Shown piece by piece: positions 12,904-22,623 of a stretch of 64,000 nucleotides of DNA. The DNA comes from Corallochytrium limacisporum Hawaii (Eukaryota; Protista; Pluriformea). Every line of letters begins with the position of its first letter. The first letter of the stretch is position 1. The DNA lies in assembly GCA_002811645.1 (NCBI GenBank), contig PDIP01000024.1, positions 1 to 64,000 of the forward strand. The letters run 5' to 3'. The notes beneath the pieces were generated by a model. The model saw nothing but the letters and a program-made list of their open reading frames with translations. It made no database searches and had not been told where the DNA came from. Made by a program: the position numbers and the translations under genes.

Positions 12904-13545
12904 AGAAGTTAAGGCGCGGGGAGATAAACCTTTTGAAACAAACGGGAAGGAGGCACACCCGGAGCCCGAATAGGCCGAGTGAAACCCGTGTGCTGTCCCT
13001 CAAAAAGGCAAAGGGTTACCTACTGCAATACCAACATTCTCTCAGGACACACACTCACGAAAGATTAGGAACCCGAGCGGGAGAGCCGCGAGTGTGCGCA
13101 TTCGCGCAGACTACCACTTGAAAGGCCCGCTTTTTCGTTTTGCCGTCTGTGCTTTGCACCATTTCTACATGTGGCGAAGCCATGTGTTCGATGTGCAGTA
13201 CTGCGGCTGGGTTGGATGCGATTTCTAATCTCATCGGGTTCGGAATGTTGTGATGGTGGAACCCGTGTGTGTCCCTGTGGTCTTTTCTGCTCTTGCTGCT
13301 TCTTCTTCTGGTTGTTCTTCGACTCTGGCATCTCCACACCAATTTTGTCTGTTTCTTGTGTTCACGCAAGTTTCTAGCTCTGTCCAGGCCCGCCCCCCCT
13401 CCCCCGGCCCCGGGGGCCGAGTTCGGTGGGGTTCCTTTGCAATTACGGGTCTCCAGCCAGTGATGGCCAAATTTAGGGGGACCCCTCGCTCTTGTCCCCG
13501 GGGGCTGGGGCTTTGAAACCGTCCCTCCCCCCTCCCCCCGCTGCA

Positions 13546-13631
13546 CTCCTCTCCCTCTCTCTCTCTCTCTCTCCCTCTCTCTCTCCCTCTCTCTCTCCCT
13601 CTCTCTAACTGTCTCCTCTCTCTCTCTTCTC
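13546..13631 (+). repeat. (CT)n polypyrimidine microsatellite
   Basis: Long ctctct tract with interruptions; a similar tract lies at about 12398-12441. Confidence 0.85.
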
Positions 13632-14203
13632 CTCCCCTTCCCCCCCTTGCTCCCCCCCACGCCCCAGACCTCCCAAAGAAAGCAAAGGTAAAAAAAAAAA
13701 ATGAAGAAGAAAAAAAAAGTTATCCTTCGCCCTATCCTCAGTCCGGCACAAGACTTCGCAGATCTGACCCGCTCTCCCCCCCCTCTCGCTCACTCGCTCG
13801 TCGTAAGAGCTACCTGCCTGCGCACACACAGACCCACACACACACACACCCCGCGGCACAGCGGAGTACACAGCGGCGCCTTCTTGTCGTTTATCGCGGT
13901 TGTGTTAAGAGGATAGTAGCTACGTGGGTAAGGATAAATATAGAACAGGATGAAACGGGTATTGGCGTGGAATTTCTCTGAAGACTGCTGGATTGGACAG
14001 GTAGATCAACCATCGAATGCTCCCATTGGTGGGCAGAATATGCGAATGACGTGATACGAGTCAGTGGGACATCGCTCAACTGCATATCAAGATATCGGAC
14101 TAAGCAATGCCATGATATGCTATTTGCAAATTAAGAAACTATATACACAGAGTAGCCTTAGGATAAGCATTCACGGGAACAGAAACTGAAGTCCATCACA
14201 GGT

Positions 14204-17200
14204 ATGGCGGGACCAGCCGGGTGGAAAGTAGTCTCTGAACTGACAGGCAGGCATCCGGCTCCATCAGACCGTCGGCGGCTGACCTGGCGCCAGCTACGGG
14301 ACGACTACGAAGAACACGCAGGCTTTCGCCTGCCCTCCGCTACTGCAGCGAGTGTGAATCTGCCATGCAGCCTGAACTACGAACCGTTCACGGTTGGCCA
14401 ACCGATCAGTGGCACCTGGAGTGCACGGGTCGGTCGGGGCGTATCGTCATCGGATAGTCTGTTGTATATGGGTACATTGAAAGGCAGAGTTATGACTTAC
14501 GCTCCAGGATCAGGCAAAATTGTTGCGTGTTGGGGCACCGGCAACGATCTCGCCGTCGAGCGGGTTGTTGCCCATCCGACACGGCCGGAAGTGCTGGCCA
14601 CTTGCCATGACGAACAGGTCAAGCTCTGGGTTCTCCATTCGAGCCACAATGCAGGATATAGCCGTGGGTCATCGATGATTGGTGTTGGTAGCCAACGACG
14701 GGGATCGAATGCTTCAGAGGCATCAAGTGTCAGTGCGGGAGACTATGGCCGCAGGGGCTACCATGCCTCGGAGCACATCACAGCCACGGCAATGAGCTTC
14801 GAAATTTCCGGCACAGGCCATCATGAGGTAAGCGGTGGTGGACAAGCGGCACCAGATTTGCAGCCCTACCGCCGGGCAGCATTCAGCCAGAACGACGACT
14901 CACTCATGGCCGTGACCAGGCCTTCGGGAGCGAAGCTTCTGGACATCGTCAGCCGCAAGACTCTGATGAGCTTCGGCAGTAGCACCGTCACTACGGCTGC
15001 AGCTACGACAGACACTCAACAGCAGTTCATGCAGCAGACACAGCCTTCTCTCCTAGTCGCTGACAGGCACTCGTGGACTGCAGCCACTCCACCAACCCTT
15101 ATGCATGCGCGCATCCACAACCGTTCATCGGCGGGAACCCAAGTCCGCTCATCTTCCCGGGACCGCGCTATGCGTAGACGTCGATCACGTGACGATGGTG
15201 TCGGCTCTGTAACTCCCTTGACCGTGCGTCGGAGGGAACATCGTCGTTTGCGCCTGAGCCGGACCTTTAGTGCTTCGGGCGCTATGGAAGTGGACGATCA
15301 CAATCACGATCATGGTACCAGAGGCAGCAATGCGAGCATCCTCACCGCAACCTCTTCCGTTGACAGTACGCTCACGGACGGAGGCGACTACGATGATGAT
15401 GCTCTCGACGACCTCGTATCTGACTTGAACAGAGATATCAGTCTGACGCGGACGCAGAGTGATGTGTCAGAACCATACTTTGCGCTCGTCGAACCTCTGC
15501 CACCACGGTCTCGACCCGCGCACAATCACCGCCATCGGAGCCGGCAAAGGCGATACCGACCGCATCAACAGCAACCGGTGGTTGATATTGACTGTCTCAT
15601 TGCTCCGGTCTTCCATCCGAAATCCACAGTACTGCTCTACGGCAGTTCAATGTGGGACTGGCGGGCTCCTCATGGCATGCTGCACGACTTTGCACCCACG
15701 GCACAAGGTCTGGATGGTCCTCCGGCGTTCCATCCGAATGGTTACCATCTTTTCCTTGGTCGACATGTCTATGATCTACGTTACCTACACAGCAGTGGCG
15801 GCAACATGAGCAGGATGAGCATCACTGGCAACGACGTATATATGGATTTGCCAGCCTTGTCGAGCTGCACGGTTCATTTTACAGCTAACGGACGCACCCT
15901 TGTGGCGTACCGTCGCAACCCGTCCGTTACATACTTTACGGAGCAGCTCGGGGGTGGTAATGTGCAAATTCGTGAGGCTAGCTTGGACTACGGCCTCCTG
16001 CGCAGCTATTTCACTCACGACATCCTCGATTTGTCTGTCGCCAGGCACGCTGACAGTGTCGCTATCTTTGAGCATTTGGACCCATCCCGTGAGGTCTACG
16101 GTGCCAGCCTCCTGAACGTTCGCCGCTCAACAGAGGCAGCGGACAGCCTGGAAAACAGTCCGCACACTGCCACTGCACTGCGCAGGCATCGAGCCGCAAC
16201 CACTGGCAGCCATTCCATGCTCGGACCTGGCGATTCGACTACTGGCGTGATACGTAAACCACATGAAGAGCCGGAAACAAACTCTACGGTCTATGCCCAA
16301 TGTATGACTCGTAGGCCGCCGCCAGAAGTGCAGGGCCCTGTACTAATCAACGGTGGTACAGCCTTACACTGGCATCAGTTTATGCATCACCTGGATGTCC
16401 TGGCACGTGTGGGGGACTACCGCGTGGCAGGCAAGGTCGCTGGTCCGGGGGCTCTACCATGGCATCAAGAACAGACTGTCAAGGCCATGAGTAGTACCGA
16501 TGTCGTCAGTCCGCGTCGGACGACGGACGAAGAGGACGATTTTACCTTCTTCGCGTCGCAGCGTTGGCTCCGCTCCGTTCTTGCCCCATCCAATGTTGCG
16601 AGCTTGGCTTTGATGGCGGCATGCCACGTCGCGGAGGTCCTGGAATGCCTCGAAGTGGATATGCATAACGCTTCACCGCACCGCAACAGTAGACGCCAAC
16701 AGCTCGCGTCCTTATCTGGGGACGACCGAGAACAGCGCCTCGCGGCGACGGAGGCCAGAATCCAGGCCCTTCTATCGGATGCAGCCATCCGAACCCTGGC
16801 TCTCCTGGTCAGCCAGGAACACATGGATGAACCGTTCCTGGTAGCTAAAGGATTGGAGGCATTTGAGCGGATTCACCGCCTAGGTACAATGATTGCTGAC
16901 CGCCATGATACACAGAATCGTCTATTGCGCCGCATGGGCAAGCTTGTAGACCACAATTCTTTCCTGATTCTAGCCGACACGGGCAATTTCCCGGCCGCGG
17001 TGCAGATCAGGGACGTGCTCGAGTTGACCTGGAAGATAGACATTTGTCTAAGCTACATGAAGGTAGGTGGACTAGAGTCTAAGCGGGATGCTGCGCAGCA
17101 TCTCGTTGACATCACGGCCAACCCAACTTTCTTGCATGACAATCCGATGCTACTGAAGACCACGGGCCATGGCCAGCCAACGTCTGGCAGTGGCGGTCCA

Positions 17201-17434
17201 TTGAAATCGCACGTTGTCGTAAAACAATGGAAGTACATTGCGGGTATGACATATGCTCTGGCCGTAGCACCAGTTCTACCACTGATACACCGCCTACGTG
17301 CCGACGGATTAGACGACGAAGTGCAGGTCGCAGCCCACCGTGCGCTCTCAAACGTCGCCTCGTACAGCTCAGAATGCCGTCGCTACCTTATGCGCCAGGG
17401 CTTTGCCGATGAAATCGTTATGTACGGAGCATGA
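14204..17434 (+). CDS. DCAF1: DCAF1/VprBP-like CUL4-DDB1 substrate receptor with permuted domain order (WD40 then ARM)
   Basis: 1076-aa ORF. LLYMGTLKGRVMTY..SG, FHPKSTVLLYGSSMWDWR..MLHDF..PAFHPNG..VYDLR and LPALSSCTVHFTANG match the DCAF1 WD40 (WDxR/DLR motifs); C-terminal LLSDAAIRTLALLVSQEHMDEPFLVAKGLEAFERIHR matches the DCAF1 ARM region as I recall it. Confidence 0.75.
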   Translation: MAGPAGWKVVSELTGRHPAPSDRRRLTWRQLRDDYEEHAGFRLPSATAASVNLPCSLNYEPFTVGQPISGTWSARVGRGVSSSDSLLYMGTLKGRVMTYAPGSGKIVACWGTGNDLAVERVVAHPTRPEVLATCHDEQVKLWVLHSSHNAGYSRGSSMIGVGSQRRGSNASEASSVSAGDYGRRGYHASEHITATAMSFEISGTGHHEVSGGGQAAPDLQPYRRAAFSQNDDSLMAVTRPSGAKLLDIVSRKTLMSFGSSTVTTAAATTDTQQQFMQQTQPSLLVADRHSWTAATPPTLMHARIHNRSSAGTQVRSSSRDRAMRRRRSRDDGVGSVTPLTVRRREHRRLRLSRTFSASGAMEVDDHNHDHGTRGSNASILTATSSVDSTLTDGGDYDDDALDDLVSDLNRDISLTRTQSDVSEPYFALVEPLPPRSRPAHNHRHRSRQRRYRPHQQQPVVDIDCLIAPVFHPKSTVLLYGSSMWDWRAPHGMLHDFAPTAQGLDGPPAFHPNGYHLFLGRHVYDLRYLHSSGGNMSRMSITGNDVYMDLPALSSCTVHFTANGRTLVAYRRNPSVTYFTEQLGGGNVQIREASLDYGLLRSYFTHDILDLSVARHADSVAIFEHLDPSREVYGASLLNVRRSTEAADSLENSPHTATALRRHRAATTGSHSMLGPGDSTTGVIRKPHEEPETNSTVYAQCMTRRPPPEVQGPVLINGGTALHWHQFMHHLDVLARVGDYRVAGKVAGPGALPWHQEQTVKAMSSTDVVSPRRTTDEEDDFTFFASQRWLRSVLAPSNVASLALMAACHVAEVLECLEVDMHNASPHRNSRRQQLASLSGDDREQRLAATEARIQALLSDAAIRTLALLVSQEHMDEPFLVAKGLEAFERIHRLGTMIADRHDTQNRLLRRMGKLVDHNSFLILADTGNFPAAVQIRDVLELTWKIDICLSYMKVGGLESKRDAAQHLVDITANPTFLHDNPMLLKTTGHGQPTSGSGGPLKSHVVVKQWKYIAGMTYALAVAPVLPLIHRLRADGLDDEVQVAAHRALSNVASYSSECRRYLMRQGFADEIVMYGA

Positions 17435-17785
17435 TGACTGAAGTGTCAGTAAGAGTGATCAGTGACAAAGAACCACATTTTGTAACATTTACTTGTATGA
17501 TATTCTACTTTAAACTCCACTTTAAAGAATATACAAATAGCCAGCTCTACAATACCCCTGTAACCTGCGGGCCCAATTCTGGAACCGAGCCCAGTACATC
17601 TGCTATCGCGCCGGAACAGGCCAAACTCGGATATCCCCTCTCCCCGGGGGGGGGCCGCCCCGGGGAGAGGGAAGAGAGCGGGTTAGTACTTTTACTATCG
17701 CACCACTGAACGGCTTCGATTATGATATCCGGGATTTCCCCGTACATGTGCTCTGCAGTATATATTATAATTTTTCGCCACTGTT

Positions 17786-17857
17786 GCTTGTATCGTCTAG
17801 TGGTTAGGACATCACGTTGTGGCCGTGAAAACGACGGTTCGATTCCGTCTACCGGCA
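17786..17857 (+). tRNA. tRNA-His (GTG)
   Basis: Cloverleaf: D arm GTCT-AGTGGTT-AGGAC; anticodon stem TCACG/CGTGA with GTG at 17819-17821; T arm GACGG-TTCGATT-CCGTC; acceptor GCTTGTA/TACCGGC plus discriminator A; no intron; TATA-like tatattataa about 25 nt upstream. Confidence 0.93.
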
Positions 17858-18180
17858 CTTTGTCTCCGTACTCCTCCTCTTCCGGGAGGGGCCGGATATA
17901 ATGCCAGTACCCGCATTTTCAAATTGCGACTGAGGTCAAACTCAGCTTGGAAGTGCCACACTCTTTTTTTTTTTTTTTTTTTCTTGTGGAGGCATTGGGA
18001 AGCGCAGACAGGGCAATGTCGGAGCGCCACCCATGCAAAGGACCGCCATCGTGAATGAGATGGAGCGTGGTGAAAGTGCCAGATGATCACATTGGGAAGG
18101 CTCAGGCCATGATGATCGTATGCTATGTATTGTGCTCGTGCACACTGTCTATTAATTATGAATATATTATGATGAACTGA

Positions 18181-18714
18181 TCATGCTTCCTCTTTATGTT
18201 CAACTCCTAGAAGGTTGTCAAGCCAACCAAAGGCCAAGGGTTTCGTGCTGGTTTGGACCACTTCAAATTCATCCCGTGTCCATTTCTCCAGGACCCAATC
18301 TGCAACGTCGCTCTTGCTAGCTGGACGACCGATGCCGAGTCGCAGACGTTGAAACTTCTCCGTCCCAAGCGCATTGATGATTGATCTCACACCGTTGTGG
18401 CCTTGAGCGCTGCCACCATCCTTAGGACTGACTTTGCCCAGAGCTCGGCTAAGATCATCATGTATAACGACGATGTGTTCGGGCTTCGTTTGCTGTACAA
18501 TCCGCTTGACGCTCGACCCGCATACATTCATAAAAGTCTGTGGGATGAAGAGCAGAGACTCTCCTTTGGGAGTCTTCAGGGAGGTTTTGGTATTCAATAC
18601 GCCCAGATTACGCTGTGCAGCGTAGGCTTTGAGTACGTCAGATCCCAGATTATGTCTCTGGAGATTCGATCTCAAATTACCGAGGCCGACAACCAAACAA
18701 CGTAGTCGCATCAT
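18181..18714 (-). CDS. PTH1: Peptidyl-tRNA hydrolase, bacterial/mitochondrial Pth1 type
   Basis: VVGLGN, RHNLG, PQTFMN, HDDL, GHNG and RLRLGIGRP motifs. Confidence 0.93.
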   Translation of the reverse strand: MMRLRCLVVGLGNLRSNLQRHNLGSDVLKAYAAQRNLGVLNTKTSLKTPKGESLLFIPQTFMNVCGSSVKRIVQQTKPEHIVVIHDDLSRALGKVSPKDGGSAQGHNGVRSIINALGTEKFQRLRLGIGRPASKSDVADWVLEKWTRDEFEVVQTSTKPLAFGWLDNLLGVEHKEEA

Positions 18715-19185
18715 TCCATATTCTACAGATGGCGCTGACGGTTGTTCACGCTAATGCCTTGCTTTCCCCTTCAACCTCCCCGCATACTCTCTGTTCTGAA
18801 GAAAAGTTTCGAATGTTTACGACTCATGTTTCCAAACTAATCAAATTTCCATGGATCGGAAACCGCTGAAATAGGACACTGCTACTGTATGTGTTCCCTG
18901 GGCAGTCGCGTGTGTGCCAACCAACTTCAGGTCCTCCCTCCCAGCTCCCCAGCCCTCACCCACCCGGGCCCACCCAGGTGAGGGGAAAGTCCCGCTCGGC
19001 AGTGGCCCGGCCGGTGCAGGACGTGTGCGTCACTGTCGGTCACGGACCCTGGCCACCCGTGGCTATTTGAGCAAAACTCTTTGCAGTGTAAACTGAGAAG
19101 TAGCTAAAACAGGATATTAAGTTGAGGGTAAACAGCTTTATTTTCAAGGCTCGGATCAATAAAGAAGAGGCTGAGACAATAAGCA

Positions 19186-19491
19186 ATGTTTTTCACAAGA
19201 ACACTACGCATGAGCGGTGGTAGTGCGTTACCTCCGAAGCACGGTGGAGAAGTTCCCTTCGTCGCCAGGGCCCGTCGTGGGGGCGTGCCGGATCCACCCA
19301 TGAAGGGACCACTTCAGCCGCCTACCATCACCAATGCACGTAACAGGAACATGGCTGTGGGAGGTGCACTGTTCATCTTTGCTACCGGTGTTTACGCGTA
19401 CACCTTTATTGCCATTGGACAGGAAGACTTTGAGCTGGATTCATTGCCTGCCAACCAAGATCCTACACAGCAGAAGCGTACTATTGGGTGA
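19186..19491 (+). CDS. COA3: Cytochrome c oxidase assembly factor 3 (COA3/CCDC56)-like; start may be the ATG at 19210
   Basis: RNRNMAVGGALFIFATGVYAYTFIAIGQEDF: one TM helix plus the Y.YT..QEDF motif. Confidence 0.8.
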   Translation: MFFTRTLRMSGGSALPPKHGGEVPFVARARRGGVPDPPMKGPLQPPTITNARNRNMAVGGALFIFATGVYAYTFIAIGQEDFELDSLPANQDPTQQKRTIG

Positions 19492-20472
19492 AAGCGAGAT
19501 GCCATTTTTTGCGTTCATAAGTTAGTTTGACAACGGCAATATCCGAGACTAGTCTTGTTGAGTAATGATACCTATTTAACCATACAAACGGCAAATTTCT
19601 ATACATATCGAACCTGAGTTGGTTTTATCGCTGATCCATTCGATGACAATTATTATCAAAAGCTAATGAGGCCGCGATCTCTTGCTTCAATTTAAGGCAT
19701 GATCATTGACACTTGCGTTCGGCTAAAGACGCTGCCTACGTCCCACATCGCTTCCAGCACAAAGCCAACTTTTTGTACACTTTATATCAATAAAAATTGA
19801 TCAATTATTTGGCAACCCATACTCACAAGTAGGACTGGATGTCAGTAGAGGTAGATTCACTATGAGATCTCGCTCCCTCACCGGTCGCTGTCAACCGCTC
19901 TATACCCTCCACCACCCCTCCCGCTGCCGTGTTTTCCTTTTTGTTTTGGCTTTTTCTTTGCTTTGGTTTCTTTCAGGCCGCAGTTCAAAGTCTTTGGGCT
20001 TTGGCCGCGCAGACAGGAGTCGGGGTTTGTTTCCGTACACCCCGAAAGATGGGATTCAGGGCGGTGCGAGGTTGGGCGCCAGTGTACCACGGGGCCATCG
20101 GGACGTAAGCGAAACACCGGGAAAACACTTGAGAAGTAAGTCCGTACCAGTGCTCTTTTGATATCCTACGTGGTCTCAGCATCACAGTCCCTGGGGTCTG
20201 TATAGTAGAGGTGCATGCGTTTTCTGCATTAGGGGTATTTGAGAATTTAATGTGATCATGAGATGGGGGAAATGAGTCCTTTTTTGGTGTATGTAGTCGA
20301 TATCCATAAAACGGAGCTGAGCGGGTTGTGAAGAGACAACAGGGAGCATCTCTTCACATGATTTGAGGTTTATCTGGTTCAATAGTGCACTGGAAACGCT
20401 CCTAGCTACGTGCGGTTATTTTTTTCGGGGTGACTTTATTCAGTCACAGATTTTAACAGATCAATTACTAAA

Positions 20473-22095
20473 ATGGTGCTCCTCGCGGCAGCAGTGTGCA
20501 CCAAGGCTGGGAAGCCTATTGTCAGTAGGCAATTTGTAGAAATGACTCGCAGCCGCATTGAAGGTCTGGTGGCTGCATTTCCGAAGCTGGTTGGCACTGG
20601 ATCTCAGCACACGTTTGTAGAGACTGAGTCTGTTCGCTATGTTTACCAGCCCATGGAGTCTCTCTTCATGCTGCTGATCACAACAAAGAACTCCAATATT
20701 CTTGAGGACCTGGAAACACTACACTTGTTTGCGCGTGTTTTGCAGGAGTACTGTCGCGTCTTGGACGAAGCTGAAGTGTCGGACAATGCCTTTGAATTAC
20801 TCTTTGCCTTTGATGAGATTATTTCCCTCGGATACCGCGAAAGCGTCAACATCGGCCAGATTCGCCAATTCACTGAAATGGACTCCCATGAAGAGAAGAT
20901 TTTCCAGATGGTGCAGAAGAACAAGGAACGCGAAGCCAAGGAGGAGATGAAGCGTCGCATGAAGGAGCTCGAACAGCAGCGCAAGGAAGCGCAGAAGATG
21001 GGCTTAGGTGGCGCTGGCGGCCGCGGTGGCATGGGTGGCATGGGCGGCACCCCTGGATTTGGTGCAAACTTTGGTGGTAACATGGGCGGAGGCATGGGTA
21101 TGGGCTCAGCGCAAGCTATGGGTGGTATGGGTGGATTTGATAACCCTCCGCCTCCACGTCAGCCTGTCTCCACTGCCGGTGGCGGCAGCGGTGCTCCAAG
21201 CCGCGGCATGAAGCTCGGTGGCCGTGCCAAAGCCAACGATTTTGTCGATGCCCTGCGTGCTGAGGGTGAAAGCGTTGCGCCAGGCGTGGCGGATTTGATG
21301 GGAGGCGCTGGTGCACAGGCCGCTGCGCAGCCCGAGGCTGCGCCAGTGATGGAGCAACAGATCAACCGGGAGAGTGTGCATCTGCGTATGGAGGAACGCA
21401 TCGTTCTGAGTGCGACTCGTGATGGTGGTGTGAATGGTATGGAGGTCAAAGGTGACCTGTTCCTGAACATTAATGACCCCGGACTGGCCAAGATTAGCAT
21501 TCAGCTCGATCAGGGTGCCCTTCCCGGGGTCAACTTCAAGACTCACCCCAATGTGGACAAGAACGGATGGAACGGTGCGCAGAAGATTGGCCTCAAGGAT
21601 CCTACACGTCCCTTCCCCGTCAACACGGATCTCGGTGTGCTCAAGTGGCGCTATGAAGGTCGGGGTGACAACGACGTTCCCTTGCTCATCAACTGCTGGC
21701 CCACTCCCGTGGGAGATGGCACATGTGAGATAAACATCGAGTACGAACTGCAGCGTACAGACCTGCAACTGCAGAATGTACAGGTTCTGATCCCCATCCA
21801 GGGCGGACAGCCGACTGTGAACAATGTGGAGGAAGGCGAGTATATGTTCGACCCTCGCGCTCACGGTTTGATCTGGCGCATACCCGCCATCACTGCAAGC
21901 AACGCAAGTGGGACCCTTGAGTTCGTTGCACCGGGACAGGATGCGAATGCATTCTTCCCTGTGCACGTCAACTACGCGTCCGAAATGTCATACTGTAAGG
22001 TTTCTATTGCTGGTGTCTCGAGCGTGGAGAATGGGCAAGAAGTGCCGTTCTCGCTACAGGCGATGCAGTCCCCAGAACGTTACGAGTTTGCTTAG
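20473..22095 (+). CDS. ARCN1: Coatomer subunit delta
   Basis: MVLLAAAVCTKAGKPIVSRQFVEMTRSRIEGL longin domain; SNILEDLETL; MDSHEEK; mu-homology domain KTHPNVDK...PFP...VLKWR...INCWP; Gly/Met-rich linker. Confidence 0.97.
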   Translation: MVLLAAAVCTKAGKPIVSRQFVEMTRSRIEGLVAAFPKLVGTGSQHTFVETESVRYVYQPMESLFMLLITTKNSNILEDLETLHLFARVLQEYCRVLDEAEVSDNAFELLFAFDEIISLGYRESVNIGQIRQFTEMDSHEEKIFQMVQKNKEREAKEEMKRRMKELEQQRKEAQKMGLGGAGGRGGMGGMGGTPGFGANFGGNMGGGMGMGSAQAMGGMGGFDNPPPPRQPVSTAGGGSGAPSRGMKLGGRAKANDFVDALRAEGESVAPGVADLMGGAGAQAAAQPEAAPVMEQQINRESVHLRMEERIVLSATRDGGVNGMEVKGDLFLNINDPGLAKISIQLDQGALPGVNFKTHPNVDKNGWNGAQKIGLKDPTRPFPVNTDLGVLKWRYEGRGDNDVPLLINCWPTPVGDGTCEINIEYELQRTDLQLQNVQVLIPIQGGQPTVNNVEEGEYMFDPRAHGLIWRIPAITASNASGTLEFVAPGQDANAFFPVHVNYASEMSYCKVSIAGVSSVENGQEVPFSLQAMQSPERYEFA

Positions 22096-22623
22096 ATTGA
22101 GGACTTTGAACCCAAGGTGAAATATCACCGTGCTTTCTTAGTAGCTCATGATCTTGATCACCTGGCCCTATTGGGCAAAGCAAGTCAAAATAAAAAAGAA
22201 ACAACCTTCAAAGTCAAACGCCCTTTCTCCTTCGAATACGTCCGCCAGATCTCAGGGGTTTGCAAAAGACGGGGACATCCCCGGCACCCCCACCCTCCCC
22301 CCTCCCCCCTTCCTCAATCAAACAACGGCGCAACTGGGCGTACTCGTAATTTCCCTACCGCCTTACACCCGCAGTCTTGAGGTCGCTAACCGTCGTGAGA
22401 CCCCGCTTCCTGGAGAGCTACCAAGCGGGTGGTTGAGTCCCTTTGAATCCCCGAAAGTGATGACCAGGACAATAAAAACAAGTCAACAAAATGATGCTGG
22501 GAACATGAAGATTGGCTCCTGAACCTCCAATACGGGTAAAGATGTCTTTCAGAAGATAAGTAGTTTGTTCTGACTGATCTTCAAGGGGTTCCTTCCATTT
22601 GCTTCAGAGGCAGGTCTGGAGTC

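Noticed and set aside
19560-19740. Possible C/D-box snoRNA-like motifs (atgata...ctga)
   Set aside because: No canonical box C with a terminal stem and no recognisable rRNA guide
21106-21966. 286-aa antisense ORF in delta-COP, and similar ones at 29272-30240 and 38176-38895
   Set aside because: Antisense shadows of real CDSs
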